This document shows positions 1-9,713 of a stretch of 64,000 nucleotides of DNA, piece by piece. This DNA is from Coraliomargarita sp. (GTDB lineage Bacteria > Verrucomicrobiota > Verrucomicrobiia > Opitutales > Coraliomargaritaceae), in NCBI GenBank assembly GCA_965216325.1, contig OZ244160.1:2912001-2976000 (forward strand), written 5' to 3'. Numbering within the stretch: position 1 is the stretch's first letter; every line of letters begins with the position of its first letter. The notes under the pieces are model-generated. The model was not told the origin of the DNA. It was given only the letters and a program-made list of their open reading frames with translations, and made no database searches. The position numbers were made by a program, and so were the translations under genes.

Positions 1-1
1 G

Positions 2-976
2 GAGCTTGGAGATATCTATCCGAACAGCGCAGCCTTTGTCGCGATCGTTCTTATGGTTGGTCTAGTGATCGCAGTGGTTGCGTCACTGGGCTATTAGACC
101 GTCGCGCGCTTCGCGAATGTGGCAGCACCCTGGATGGTGCTGGTCTTTGCGGCTTGTGGCATCATCGCTTTCTATGAGATGGGGATCTCTAGTTGGAGTG
201 ACCTGAAGGCAATCTGGTCAGACTCGATCAGTATCGCGCAGGGTGGAGAAGGACAGTCGTCGATGGGCTTCTGGAGTGTGGCCTTTTTTGCCTGGTTCTG
301 TAACTCGGCGATGCATATCGGTATGGCAGATTTGTCGGTCTTCCGCTTTGCCAAGAAAGCGAACTACGGTTGGGCAACCTCCGCCGGCATGTATGTGGGC
401 CACTACATGGCATGGATTGCTGCGGCGCTGATGCTGGCCGCGCAGATCCAAGCAACGGGTAATACGAATCCGGTGCCGGGCCCGATGGCCAACCATGTTG
501 CCGGCCTTGCGGGTATCATCTGTGTGATTGTAGCCGGCTGGACCACCGCGAATCCGACGATCTATCGCGCCGGTTTGGCTTTTCAGGCGATTCTGCCCAA
601 AGCGTCGCGTTTTAAGGTGACCTTTGCCGCCGGTATGGTGGCAACGATTGCGGGTGCGTTCCCTGCATTTGCTTGGAAATTGCTCGGCTTTGTCGGGCTG
701 TATGGAACCATCCTGGCGCCGATGGGTGCGATTATTTTCTTTGACTGGTATGTGCTGCGTAAGCGCGACCACAAGTTACTGGATGCGCATCAATGTGCAT
801 CTGCGTTTAATTGGTCTGTCTTGCTTGCTTGGGTGCTTCCCGTCGCAGTGGCGCTCTATTGCATCCTATCGATTGGAGTGTCCGCTTGGTTCTTCCCGCT
901 GCCTTGTTGGCTCGCTTGCGGCGCACTCTATATTCTCTTCACCCGCTTAACTGGAAAGGAGCAGGCAGCCGCCTAG
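2..976 (+). pseudogene. NCS1/cytosine-purine permease-family transporter, 5'-truncated by the window edge, with an in-frame TAG at 95-97
   Basis: Frame from nt 2 reads ELGDIYPNSAAFVAIVLMVGLVIAVVASLGY*TVARFANVAAPWM..., then continues open to 976. Multi-TM protein with AGWTTANPTIYRAG motif. May be a sequencing error rather than a true pseudogene. Confidence 0.6.
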
Positions 977-983
977 CACTACA

Positions 984-1157
984 ATGGATACACTGATTTT
1001 ATGGCTTGGTCGTTTCGGCCTCGTGTTAACCATCCTGCCATCGCTGCTGTTGTTAGTCGGACTGCTGCCGCTCGCGACCGTTAAGATGCTGATGGTCGTG
1101 GGCATGGTGATCTGGTTTGTGGCTGCGCCGCTGCACGTAGCGATCAAGCGGAAATAG
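984..1157 (+). CDS. small two-TM membrane protein (57 aa), below the ORF-track cutoff
   Basis: ATG 7 nt after the permease stop; MDTLILWLGRFGLVLTILPSLLLLVGLLPLATVKMLMVVGMVIWFVAAPLHVAIKRK*. Confidence 0.65.
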   Translation: MDTLILWLGRFGLVLTILPSLLLLVGLLPLATVKMLMVVGMVIWFVAAPLHVAIKRK

Positions 1158-1278
1158 ATTGAGGCTGCCCTGTGTGGGTGCAGTATTTTGCACAATCACT
1201 ATGGCGGAGACTCGAAAGCAAGCGGACGATTGTTCACCTCTCACTGATGCGGTAGAGCTCGGTGAGACTGTCTAGACT

Positions 1279-2277
1279 CTATCCGAGTTTAGCGGCCGCT
1301 CGCTTTAGACGGTCGTTAATTGCTTTGCCAATGCCTTCGGCCGGGCTGAGCTCAACCTCGATGCGCTCAAAGTTTTGCTGATCGAGGCGCTGCAAAATAT
1401 TGAATAAGTTGTGGGCGACTTCCTCCGCAGAGCCGTCTTCGGAGAGCCAGAAGATGTTGGCTGCTTCGGCCCCGCGTGCGGGCTTTGTCTGCAATAGACG
1501 GGCGCAGTTTTTAGCTGTGGGTAGACTTTGATCGAAGCCGTTTTCCAGTAGGACCACCTTGGTGTTTGGGCTGTAGTGAGCACTCAATTGGCCGGGTGCT
1601 GTCTGGTTGCTCTCGTCGTCATTGGTGATCGTGCGGTCGGTAATGTCGCGGCCGAGCATTTCCTTCACCTGTGCAGCGCTAATTGGTCCATGACGCAGAA
1701 TGGCTGGAGCCTCTGGTGTGCGTAGGTCCAGAATCGTGGACTCCACGCCGATGTCGCAGGGGCCCGCGTCTAAGACCGCTGGGATCCGCTCGCCGAGTGT
1801 GCGCTCGACGTGCTCCGCCAGAGTTGGGCTTACGTAGCCAAATGGGTTGGCGCTGGGTGCGGCCAATGGAAAGTCGAGCTGAGCCAGAAGTTTGCGCAGC
1901 ACCGGGTGCCCGGGCACGCGGACTGCAGCGCTGGGTAGACCGGCAGTCACGATGTCGGGGATGCTGGGGTGCTTATTCGCAACAATAGTCAGTGGTCCGG
2001 GCCAGAAGGCGGCGGCGACCTTGTCGACTGCTTCGTTGCCCTGAATGTGCTGCAAGGCAGCTTCCAAACTAGGGAAGTGCGCGATCAGCGGGTCGATGAA
2101 GGGACGTCCCTTGACCTCGAAGATTTTGCGCGCACTGGATTCGTTCAGTGCGTTGCCCGCTAGTCCGTAGACCGTTTCGGTGGGCACGCCGACCACTTCG
2201 CCATTGCGTAGCAAGTCCGCACAATGCGCGATATTCGCATCGGTTGCTTCCAGGCGTATGCTGTTTGGGATGCTCAT
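1279..2277 (-). CDS. tsaC: L-threonylcarbamoyladenylate synthase (Sua5 type)
   Basis: PTETVYGL, KGRP..DPLI, APSAN, GVESTI motifs plus C-terminal Sua5 domain (APGQL..HYSP, AINDRL.RAA). Confidence 0.95.
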   Translation of the reverse strand: MSIPNSIRLEATDANIAHCADLLRNGEVVGVPTETVYGLAGNALNESSARKIFEVKGRPFIDPLIAHFPSLEAALQHIQGNEAVDKVAAAFWPGPLTIVANKHPSIPDIVTAGLPSAAVRVPGHPVLRKLLAQLDFPLAAPSANPFGYVSPTLAEHVERTLGERIPAVLDAGPCDIGVESTILDLRTPEAPAILRHGPISAAQVKEMLGRDITDRTITNDDESNQTAPGQLSAHYSPNTKVVLLENGFDQSLPTAKNCARLLQTKPARGAEAANIFWLSEDGSAEEVAHNLFNILQRLDQQNFERIEVELSPAEGIGKAINDRLKRAAAKLG

Positions 2278-2302
2278 CCTATGAAGTCCTCGGGATCAAA
2301 TC

Positions 2303-2371
2303 GAGGGAAACGCTCCGTCGTTTCCGCGGTTGCTCGACTCGTTGGTGGCAATGACGGAGCATTGCCCTCCA
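2303..2371. repeat. GGAG-type REP-like inverted doublet
   Basis: GAGGGAAACGCTCCGTCGTTTCC ... GGCAATGACGGAGCATTGCCCTCCA; near-identical unit at 40772. Confidence 0.8.
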
Positions 2372-2389
2372 TTAAACAACTTCAGATAT

Positions 2390-2421
2390 AAAAAATCCTT
2401 CCCCGCAAAGAGGAAGGATTT
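2390..2421 (-). terminator. intrinsic terminator of rpsR
   Basis: AAATCCTTCC/GGAAGGATTT hairpin followed by a T-run on the minus strand. Confidence 0.7.
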
Positions 2422-2445
2422 AGAAAAACTCTACAAGCAACGAGA

Positions 2446-2643
2446 CTATTTCATAGTCAGCATGTTGCGAGCACGCTTGATTTGCTGTGTTACGCGACGC
2501 TGATGCTTAGCGGAAAGGCCTGTTACCTTGCGAGGAAGGATCTTGCCCGTTTCAGTTACAAAGCGGGAAAGTTGCTCCACATCCATGTATGTGAAGTCCA
2601 TAGGGTTGCGGGAGCGATTAAGTGTCTTGTTTTCAGTGGTCAT
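2446..2643 (-). CDS. rpsR: 30S ribosomal protein S18 (Cys-free, zinc-independent type)
   Basis: [24 protein letters not shown]....IKRAR; start taken at ATG 2643. Confidence 0.95.
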   Translation of the reverse strand: MTTENKTLNRSRNPMDFTYMDVEQLSRFVTETGKILPRKVTGLSAKHQRRVTQQIKRARNMLTMK

Positions 2644-2723
2644 GATCGAAACGCGGGAAAGTAGGTTTTTGTTAGGGCGGTGCAAGCACAAATTTACAGC
2701 TTTTTCTTTGTGTGGTAGGGCAA

Positions 2724-2798
2724 GGTAGCGCGGCGCATTTCGGTATTCCTTGGTTTTTGTTCTCAGCTCATGCGGAGCGAGGACGCTCCTGCGCTACC
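2724..2798. repeat. GTAG-type REP-like doublet (GGTAGCGC...GCGCTACC)
   Basis: Reverse complement of the right arm, GGTAGCGCAGGAGCGTCCTCGCTCCGC, resembles 17106-17131 and 15491. Confidence 0.6.
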
Positions 2799-2828
2799 AG
2801 ATCGAACGGTCGCCTCGGCGAGGAGACC

Positions 2829-4943
2829 TTATCCCCTGTGTTGTTGAATGAGCTCCAAGAACGGCGGCAATACGGTTTTCAGCTTGGAGGGACCGATACC
2901 GCGGATCTTGATCGCTTCGGAAGGAGTCGTCGGTTTCTGATTGGCGAGTTCGACGAGCACGAAGTTCGGGAAAACGGTGTAGGCCGGCTTGCCGTTTTGA
3001 GAAGCGAGGTTTGCGCGTAGCTCGGAAAGTTTCTGATACAGTCCATCGTCGGTGATGCCATCGGGCTTGGCGCCCTTGCGTGGCTTCTTCGATTTCTCAC
3101 CGATTGCACCTGCTGTGCGAGTTGGCAGTGCAAGTTGCATCGCCTCGGCTGCGCGCATGGCACGTGCGCCGCTTTCGCTGAGTTTCATCAGTGGGAAACC
3201 GTCTTCGGTGATGGTTTGCACCAGACCGGCGGTTTCCATCGCTTGGAAGAGGGCGTCAACATAGGCGCTGCCCTCGCGTTTGAGAATTCCGTAGGTGGAG
3301 AGCTCGTCGAGGCCAGCATCCAGAATCGGTGCGGATCGGCTGCCGAGCAGGCACTGGATGATCTTGCGCTTGCCGAAGCGCGGTTCCCAGTCCTCCGGAC
3401 CGCGTCGCACACTCATGCGGGCGACGCCGCTGAGGGCCATTTTAACCAGCGTCCATTCGTCTGCAGTTGGCTGGCGGTTCGACGCTTGTTTTTGGCTGCG
3501 GCAGGCATCGCAGCGTTTGCAGGGCTTGGAGTCGCGCTCGCCGAAGTAGTCGAGGATCCATTTCTGGCGACAGGTGCTGGCGTAGGCGAAACTGATCACC
3601 GATTTCAATCGGTCTTCATCGCGTTCCGCTTTGATTGCGAGGGCTTTGGCATCGATTGGTAGCTCAGTGCCGCGTTTCCCGTGCTGTAAAATACGTGTGC
3701 CCTTGGTGCGTGTGCCGGGGATGTCGAAGCGCTCGATCCACTTATGTCGATTCAGTAAGGAGAGCGCGGTGCTAACCGCCATCGGGTTGACCTTGCGGCC
3801 GATGCGCTCGACCAACTCATCGACGGGCAGGCGCACTTCGTGTTGTGGATTGCTCTCTGCGCACAGCACATCGAAGGCTTCGGCGATCAGTTGTTTGCCC
3901 GGGTTGGCCCCTTCGATGAAGAAATCCTGCACGCGCTTGTCGGCATAGGAGAACAACAGTTCGCAGACCCCGGGCTGGCCATCACGTCCGGCGCGACCAC
4001 CTTCTTGGTAGTAGGCTTCGACACTGCCAGGCATTTCATAGTGGCAGACGAAACGGATGTCGGGGCGGTCGATACCCATACCAAAGGCGTTGGTGGCGAC
4101 GACGATGTTGGCCTTGCCGCTCATGAAACATTCCTGTGCCGCAGTGCGGTCGCGGTCGTTCAGCCCCCCATGGTAGCGGATTAGCGGCGCGGCGAACGCT
4201 TCGATCTTACTGGCGACGGCGTCGACTGATTTGCGGGTTGCGCAGTAGACGATGCCGGTTTTGTGGCGGCGGACGAGTCGCTCGAGTGCCTCCATCTTGT
4301 CGCCGTCCGAGCTAACCTTGCGGATATTGAAACTCAGGTTCTCGCGCGCGAAGCCGGCCACGAACTCGGCGGGTTCGCGCATTTGCAAGACTTGCTTGAT
4401 GTCGGCCTGCACATCGGGCGTGGCGGTCGCGGTGAGTGCGATGCAGGGCGGATTGCCAATTGCAGCGCGCGCTTCGCCGAGCCGCATATAGTCTGGGCGG
4501 AAGTCATGTCCCCATTGGGAGAGACAGTGTGCCTCGTCGATCGCAAACAGGCTGATCGCGTCCTTGGGGAGGGCATTGAGAAAGGATTGGGAGCGAAAGC
4601 GCTCGGGGGCGACGTAGACGAGTTTTAGTTCCTTGCGTCGAATCGCATCGAGCATGGCACGTTGCTCTTCGAGACTCAGCGAGCTGTTGAGTAGGCCGGC
4701 GGGGAGGCCTTTGGCGCGCAGGGCATCGACCTGATCCTTCATGAGAGCGATCAAGGGAGAAACGACCAATGTGACGCCGGGCAGCATCATGGCGGGCAGT
4801 TGAAAGCAGAGACTTTTACCGCCACCGGTGGGCATGACCACCAACGTGTCTTTGTGAGCGAGCACAGACTCGACGATGGCGCGCTGCGGTTCACGGAAAC
4901 CGGGGAGGCCAAAGTGTTGTTGAAGTGCTTGATCGGGAGTCAT
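2829..4943 (-). CDS. recQ: ATP-dependent DNA helicase RecQ
   Basis: PTGGGKS, DEAHC.SQWGHDFRP, AFGMGID, QE.GRAGRDG, Zn-binding cysteines, RQC and HRDC domains. Confidence 0.95.
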   Translation of the reverse strand: MTPDQALQQHFGLPGFREPQRAIVESVLAHKDTLVVMPTGGGKSLCFQLPAMMLPGVTLVVSPLIALMKDQVDALRAKGLPAGLLNSSLSLEEQRAMLDAIRRKELKLVYVAPERFRSQSFLNALPKDAISLFAIDEAHCLSQWGHDFRPDYMRLGEARAAIGNPPCIALTATATPDVQADIKQVLQMREPAEFVAGFARENLSFNIRKVSSDGDKMEALERLVRRHKTGIVYCATRKSVDAVASKIEAFAAPLIRYHGGLNDRDRTAAQECFMSGKANIVVATNAFGMGIDRPDIRFVCHYEMPGSVEAYYQEGGRAGRDGQPGVCELLFSYADKRVQDFFIEGANPGKQLIAEAFDVLCAESNPQHEVRLPVDELVERIGRKVNPMAVSTALSLLNRHKWIERFDIPGTRTKGTRILQHGKRGTELPIDAKALAIKAERDEDRLKSVISFAYASTCRQKWILDYFGERDSKPCKRCDACRSQKQASNRQPTADEWTLVKMALSGVARMSVRRGPEDWEPRFGKRKIIQCLLGSRSAPILDAGLDELSTYGILKREGSAYVDALFQAMETAGLVQTITEDGFPLMKLSESGARAMRAAEAMQLALPTRTAGAIGEKSKKPRKGAKPDGITDDGLYQKLSELRANLASQNGKPAYTVFPNFVLVELANQKPTTPSEAIKIRGIGPSKLKTVLPPFLELIQQHRG

Positions 4944-5057
4944 GATCAGTAACTGTGCGAATGTTCACCTGTTTGCCAAGTCTGCAATTTGGTAGATTGT
5001 GATCAATCTGCGCTTGAAGCCATGCATGAATTCGCTAGCTTGCCGCAATTACTGAGC

Positions 5058-5132
5058 GTCCCCTTAGTTTAACGGATAGAACTACCGTTTCCTAAACGGT
5101 CGATCCGGGTTCGAGTCCCGGAGGGGGCACCA
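5058..5132 (+). tRNA. tRNA-Arg(CCT)
   Basis: Cloverleaf: GTCCCCT/AGGGGGC acceptor stem, ACCGT-TTCCTAA-ACGGT anticodon arm, TTCGAGT T-loop, CCA end. Confidence 0.95.
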
Positions 5133-5147
5133 GTTTGATTTTATTTC

Positions 5148-5774
5148 ATGAAGCCATCCTTTAGGTGTTTAGTTGTTGTGGCTGTACTGCTCTTTGCCGG
5201 ATGTATGTCGACTCAGTATGGTGTCGATCGGGAGACGTGGGATGGAATGTCTGAGGAGCAACGGAATGTTACGATTGCAGCCTATCATGAGCGTAAGCAG
5301 TTAGAGGCTGAGCGTCGTTTGATTGAAGAGAAGCGGCGCTTGATTGAGGCAGAGGCTGCCCAAGGCCGGGTCTCTGAGTTGATCGATGATGCGATTGCAA
5401 ATGCACCGCGAATTGAAGTTTCGGTATGGGCTGGTTTTTTACGGAATGAAGATCAAGTTGTTGGTATTGACCGAACGGTCTTGGTGCTCAGGTATGGGCA
5501 GGGAGCCGAGCTTGAAGTTAAAGGGGATCATGGACAGCACTCAACTGTGGTCGTTGCCTATCGGCGAGGGTGCTTTATTTTTGGTGAAGGAGATGGCACT
5601 ATCGAGATTCCATACGAGGACGACTGGCACACGAAACAGTTATATTTAGAGAGGATTCCTCAAGAGGCAAAATACTCTGGGACTGTTCATCTGGGCATTC
5701 GTGCGCTGGGGACGGAGGAGGAGAACGGCGAAGACAGCTTATTGAGATTGGTAGTTGAGGAATTATTGGATTAA
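5148..5774 (+). CDS. hypothetical lipoprotein
   Basis: Lipobox LFAGC after a hydrophobic stretch; coiled-coil segment. Confidence 0.7.
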   Translation: MKPSFRCLVVVAVLLFAGCMSTQYGVDRETWDGMSEEQRNVTIAAYHERKQLEAERRLIEEKRRLIEAEAAQGRVSELIDDAIANAPRIEVSVWAGFLRNEDQVVGIDRTVLVLRYGQGAELEVKGDHGQHSTVVVAYRRGCFIFGEGDGTIEIPYEDDWHTKQLYLERIPQEAKYSGTVHLGIRALGTEEENGEDSLLRLVVEELLD

Positions 5775-5851
5775 CTGGGTTTGGTGATTCGCTTGAAGTA
5801 TGAAAAATGCTTTTGCAACTAGTGAACTCGTTGCTACTGATTACGCACAGA

Positions 5852-8485
5852 ATGCCTTTTCGTTACTTTGGTCCTTCGTTAGTTAAACCGCTCTTATTTG
5901 GGTGGATCGCTCTGCTCACTGCAGCAGCGGCATCCTTCGGCGAAGCTCCGTTGCTTGGGAAGTCCAGTAATGAAAGTTCGCAGCTATTATCCAGTGATTG
6001 GCAGGAGTCTGCAGCACAGCGAGCGATGGATGCCGGCTTAGTGGTGCTGGCTGCCGACATTTATACTGATTTATTGCGCACTGAAGGCTTTGCAGATGAG
6101 CAATATCTGCGCTACCGATTGCAGCTCGCATCGGCGCTGATCGAGCAGGGGCGTTTTACGACTGCGCGTTCAGTATTGAAGGAGGTGCCTGAGGAGCAAC
6201 GTTCCAGTGCGTTCCATTTGCGACGTGCGATTGCACTGTATGGCAGTGGACGGAGTGTGAATGCGGATAATTTGGCTCGAGAGATGGCTTTGATCGAGCC
6301 TGGTGAGTTATCTGCATGGGATCAGTCCTGGTATTACTTGATGCGCGGGCTGAGTGCAGAACTTGGAGGTGAGGCTGTCGATATTGAGTCAGTTTTTCGA
6401 CAAGCTAAGAATTTGACTCAGTCGCCATCGAGGAAGGCGTATTTAGATGCCCTGTTGTATCGAGAGAAGTTACGACGTGCGCCAGCAGATGAGGTGCTGG
6501 CTGCTGAGATTCGACGTCAGTTGGACAATCTTGAAGGGCCTGCCGCACACGCATATGCACGCGAGTATGCGACCGTGTTGTATAACTTGGGGCGCAAGGA
6601 AGAGGCGATTGCTGTGCTGGAGCGTGAGCTTGTGAATTTGAGCGCGGGTTACACTAGCCGTGAACGTGAACAGTTGCACTTGTTGCGTGCGACTATTCTA
6701 GGTGCCAATTCGGTTTCGGGGCGGGCGTCATTGCGCGATTTAATACGTCGTGGGCAGGACCGTGAGACGATGTTACTCGCTCTGCAACTGCTCGCGAGAG
6801 CCGATAATGCGGTTGGGGTGGGCGAGTTGCTGGACTTCTTGAAAGAAATGATTACTCGTTCGGAGCCACACCCGCTCTTGGGCCAGTTTTATTATTTGCG
6901 GAGTCAAATTGCCTTAAGTCGAGATGATACTGAGCAGGCAGAGCAAGACGCAAAGCAGCTATTGGAACAGTTTCCCGGTTTGCGTGAAATTGGGAATGTG
7001 TATCAGCTATATGCATACACCTCTCTGAAGCGAACACCGCCGCAGTATCGTGCCGCAGCAGATTTTCTTTTGCAGTTGCGCAATCGAACTGAGGACCCCG
7101 CGCGTTTAGGCGAGCTCAATCGCTTGATCGGTGATTGTTATTACATGAACGGCGATTTTGCAGATGCGGTTGATTTTTATCGAGCTGCGGTCGCGCGGAC
7201 TAGTTCGGAGAGTATCTCGGGGAGTCTTTATTTGCGATTGGTGACCGCAGAGTTGCGTGCGGGAAAGGTTGAGTCGGCGGTGCAGAGTATTGATCAAGCA
7301 GATTTCAGCGGAGGCTTACCAATGATGACGCGTTGGCAGATCGAGTGGAATTTGTCGCAAGCGTTGAAGGCAAACGGAGAAATCGAGCGTGCACTGAAGC
7401 GAGTTCGTCTTTTGTTGGAAAGTGTGGGCGATGGAAATGTGCCTGCGGCATTGGACTTACGCTTACGTTGGCTGGAAGCACGTTTGAGTATGTTATCGGG
7501 GGATGTGGAGGGTGCTGCGCAGCGCGTTGATGAGATTCTTGCGCGAATTGATTCGTTTCCAGACGGCCTGCTGGACCAGGAGCAGAAGCAATTGTTGATT
7601 TCCGAGTCGCTGTTGCTGCGTGCTCAGATGCTACTTAAATTAGGTGATTCTGAGGCAGGGCAGCAGGTGTTGGAAGAACTTCGAGGAGGATATCCTAAAA
7701 GCGGTGCGGCCGAGCGGTCGTATCTGTCGCAAGCAAATCATTATGCGGCAATTGGCGACCTAGAACGTGCGCAGGAGCGGTTATTGTATTTGGCAACTGA
7801 ATACAAGGACAGTGGATTTGCGCCTCAGGCGCTCTTTGAGTCGGCGGTGATTGGTGAGCGGCGTGGGCCGGATTTTTACCTAGAGTCTGTGCGCGCATTG
7901 AACTCTTTGGCTGAGGATTACCCAGAGGACGAGTTGGTCTTTCAGGCGCGCCTGAAGCAAGGTGATTTGCTCCGTTTGATGAATGACTTCTCAGGTGCGC
8001 GTATCGTGTATGAGAATTTGATCTCAAGCTTCCCTGAGCATCCGCAGCACTATGTGGCTGAGTTGTCGCGCGCCGACTGTATGTTAGCATTGGCTCGCCA
8101 AGACGACGGACGTCTGAGTGATGTTGAATTGTTGTTGGCTAAGTTAATTGATGTGCCGAATTTGCCAGCCGATTTTCAGGCGGAGGCAGCTTATAAACTC
8201 AGCTTTGTGATGAAGAAACGCGGGGCCAATTACAAGGCGCGCAAAGTGTTGACGGAGTTGGTGGCTCGCATGCTTTTGGATACGGAGAGAGCTGTGCGCT
8301 TGAACGAAGCCGGTCGCTACTGGCTGTCCAGAGGGTTGCTTGATCTCGGTGAGTTGCTGGAGGCGGCAGGCGAGTCTGCTGAAGCGCGCCGTATTTACCG
8401 CACGGTGCTCGCCTATAATTTGCCCGGCCAGAATTTAGCCCAGTCACGTGCGGATCGTTTGCAAGTTGTGGAATCTGCTCCCTAG
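5852..8485 (+). CDS. large exported TPR-repeat protein
   Basis: N-terminal signal-like segment; many helical repeats of A..L...YP type; alternative start at 5807. Confidence 0.8.
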   Translation: MPFRYFGPSLVKPLLFGWIALLTAAAASFGEAPLLGKSSNESSQLLSSDWQESAAQRAMDAGLVVLAADIYTDLLRTEGFADEQYLRYRLQLASALIEQGRFTTARSVLKEVPEEQRSSAFHLRRAIALYGSGRSVNADNLAREMALIEPGELSAWDQSWYYLMRGLSAELGGEAVDIESVFRQAKNLTQSPSRKAYLDALLYREKLRRAPADEVLAAEIRRQLDNLEGPAAHAYAREYATVLYNLGRKEEAIAVLERELVNLSAGYTSREREQLHLLRATILGANSVSGRASLRDLIRRGQDRETMLLALQLLARADNAVGVGELLDFLKEMITRSEPHPLLGQFYYLRSQIALSRDDTEQAEQDAKQLLEQFPGLREIGNVYQLYAYTSLKRTPPQYRAAADFLLQLRNRTEDPARLGELNRLIGDCYYMNGDFADAVDFYRAAVARTSSESISGSLYLRLVTAELRAGKVESAVQSIDQADFSGGLPMMTRWQIEWNLSQALKANGEIERALKRVRLLLESVGDGNVPAALDLRLRWLEARLSMLSGDVEGAAQRVDEILARIDSFPDGLLDQEQKQLLISESLLLRAQMLLKLGDSEAGQQVLEELRGGYPKSGAAERSYLSQANHYAAIGDLERAQERLLYLATEYKDSGFAPQALFESAVIGERRGPDFYLESVRALNSLAEDYPEDELVFQARLKQGDLLRLMNDFSGARIVYENLISSFPEHPQHYVAELSRADCMLALARQDDGRLSDVELLLAKLIDVPNLPADFQAEAAYKLSFVMKKRGANYKARKVLTELVARMLLDTERAVRLNEAGRYWLSRGLLDLGELLEAAGESAEARRIYRTVLAYNLPGQNLAQSRADRLQVVESAP

Positions 8486-8508
8486 TCTTTAGTTGTTAAA
8501 TAAAACCA

Positions 8509-9180
8509 ATGTTCGAATTTATTAAAAACACGTTCATCCTACAGGGTGGGCCAGTGATGTATCCCTTGCTCTTTGTGAGCTTGTTAGGCTTTGTGCTCTT
8601 CATCGAGCGGGCCTTGTTTTTGCACAAGGGACAAATCGGCACTGAAGATTTCTTGAGTGGTATTAAGAACTTGGTGCGCAAGAAACGCCTAGTTGAAGCT
8701 CTGACCTTGTGTGAGGATACGCCAGGGCCGATGGCGCGTATTGTGAAGTCGGCCTTGTTGCATGCGGGTGAATCACGTGATAACATCTTTCTTGCGATTC
8801 AAGGTGCTGCGATTGTTGAGATTCCTACGATTGAACGGCGTATTGGCACCATTGCTGCGATAGCACGTGTGGCACCATTGCTGGGTTTTTTGGGCACTTT
8901 GATTGCGGCAGTGAAGGCGCTGTATCAACTCGAAGCAGCCAATGCCGACAGTGGTGAGTTCAGTCGTTTGCTGGCCGAAGCCTTGATTACATCTGCAACG
9001 GGATTGGCGATTGCAGCGATGGCCGCGGTGGCACACCATTTCTTGTCCGGCCGTGTGCGGGCGCTAGTGCACGACTTCGAGTGGGTCGGACACAACATCC
9101 ACGAGTTTTTGGTAACGGAACCGCTGGGATTATCTGAGGAGGATGGCGAATCTACCGAGAAGGAGGGCCTTGCTAAATGA
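8509..9180 (+). CDS. MotA/TolQ/ExbB proton channel protein
   Basis: GGPVMYPLL, APLLGFLGT, AL.T.A.GL.IA motifs. Confidence 0.92.
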   Translation: MFEFIKNTFILQGGPVMYPLLFVSLLGFVLFIERALFLHKGQIGTEDFLSGIKNLVRKKRLVEALTLCEDTPGPMARIVKSALLHAGESRDNIFLAIQGAAIVEIPTIERRIGTIAAIARVAPLLGFLGTLIAAVKALYQLEAANADSGEFSRLLAEALITSATGLAIAAMAAVAHHFLSGRVRALVHDFEWVGHNIHEFLVTEPLGLSEEDGESTEKEGLAK

Positions 9181-9713
9181 CGTTGGATCGCGAAGCAACT
9201 GAGCATTCGCAGGGCTCCGAAGGTTACACCAGTCCAATGGGGCTTGCCGCGCGTTTGAAGAAACCGCAGATGCAACTCGATATCGTGCCGGTATTGGATC
9301 TTGTTGTAATTGCTTTGTTGATGAGCTTGGTGTTTACACGCTTTGTGATTGTGCCAGGTGTGCGGGTGGATTTGCCTGCGACGGATCTGCGCTTACAGCA
9401 CAGTGCGGATCCTGTTGCAGTTCTGACGATCCAAAATCGCGGTATGCTTTTCTTTGATGGAAGTGTGTATGCCTTGGATACGATCAATAATGCGTTTCGT
9501 TCCTACATTGCCGATTCAGGACGTGAGGACGTGGTATTGCTGATGAAGGCTGAGGCGACCATGCCGCTGCAAGAGTTCCTCGATATCTGTGAAATGGCTG
9601 AGCGGGCGGGTTTTTCTCAGGTTCAACTTGCCGGTAAGAAGGTAGAAGTTAGTGAAGGCCTGATCCCCGAGGAATCCTCAGAAAGCCGCGGTTTATTCGA
9701 GCCTGCGATGTGA
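9177..9713 (+). CDS. ExbD/TolR family protein
   Basis: LDIVPVLDLV TM segment with conserved Asp, VDLP motif; overlaps the exbB-like stop. Confidence 0.88.
   Translation: MTLDREATEHSQGSEGYTSPMGLAARLKKPQMQLDIVPVLDLVVIALLMSLVFTRFVIVPGVRVDLPATDLRLQHSADPVAVLTIQNRGMLFFDGSVYALDTINNAFRSYIADSGREDVVLLMKAEATMPLQEFLDICEMAERAGFSQVQLAGKKVEVSEGLIPEESSESRGLFEPAM

Noticed and set aside
95..97. Pyrrolysine or genome-wide amber recoding
   Set aside because: Many intact genes here end in TAG and no pyl genes are present in the window.
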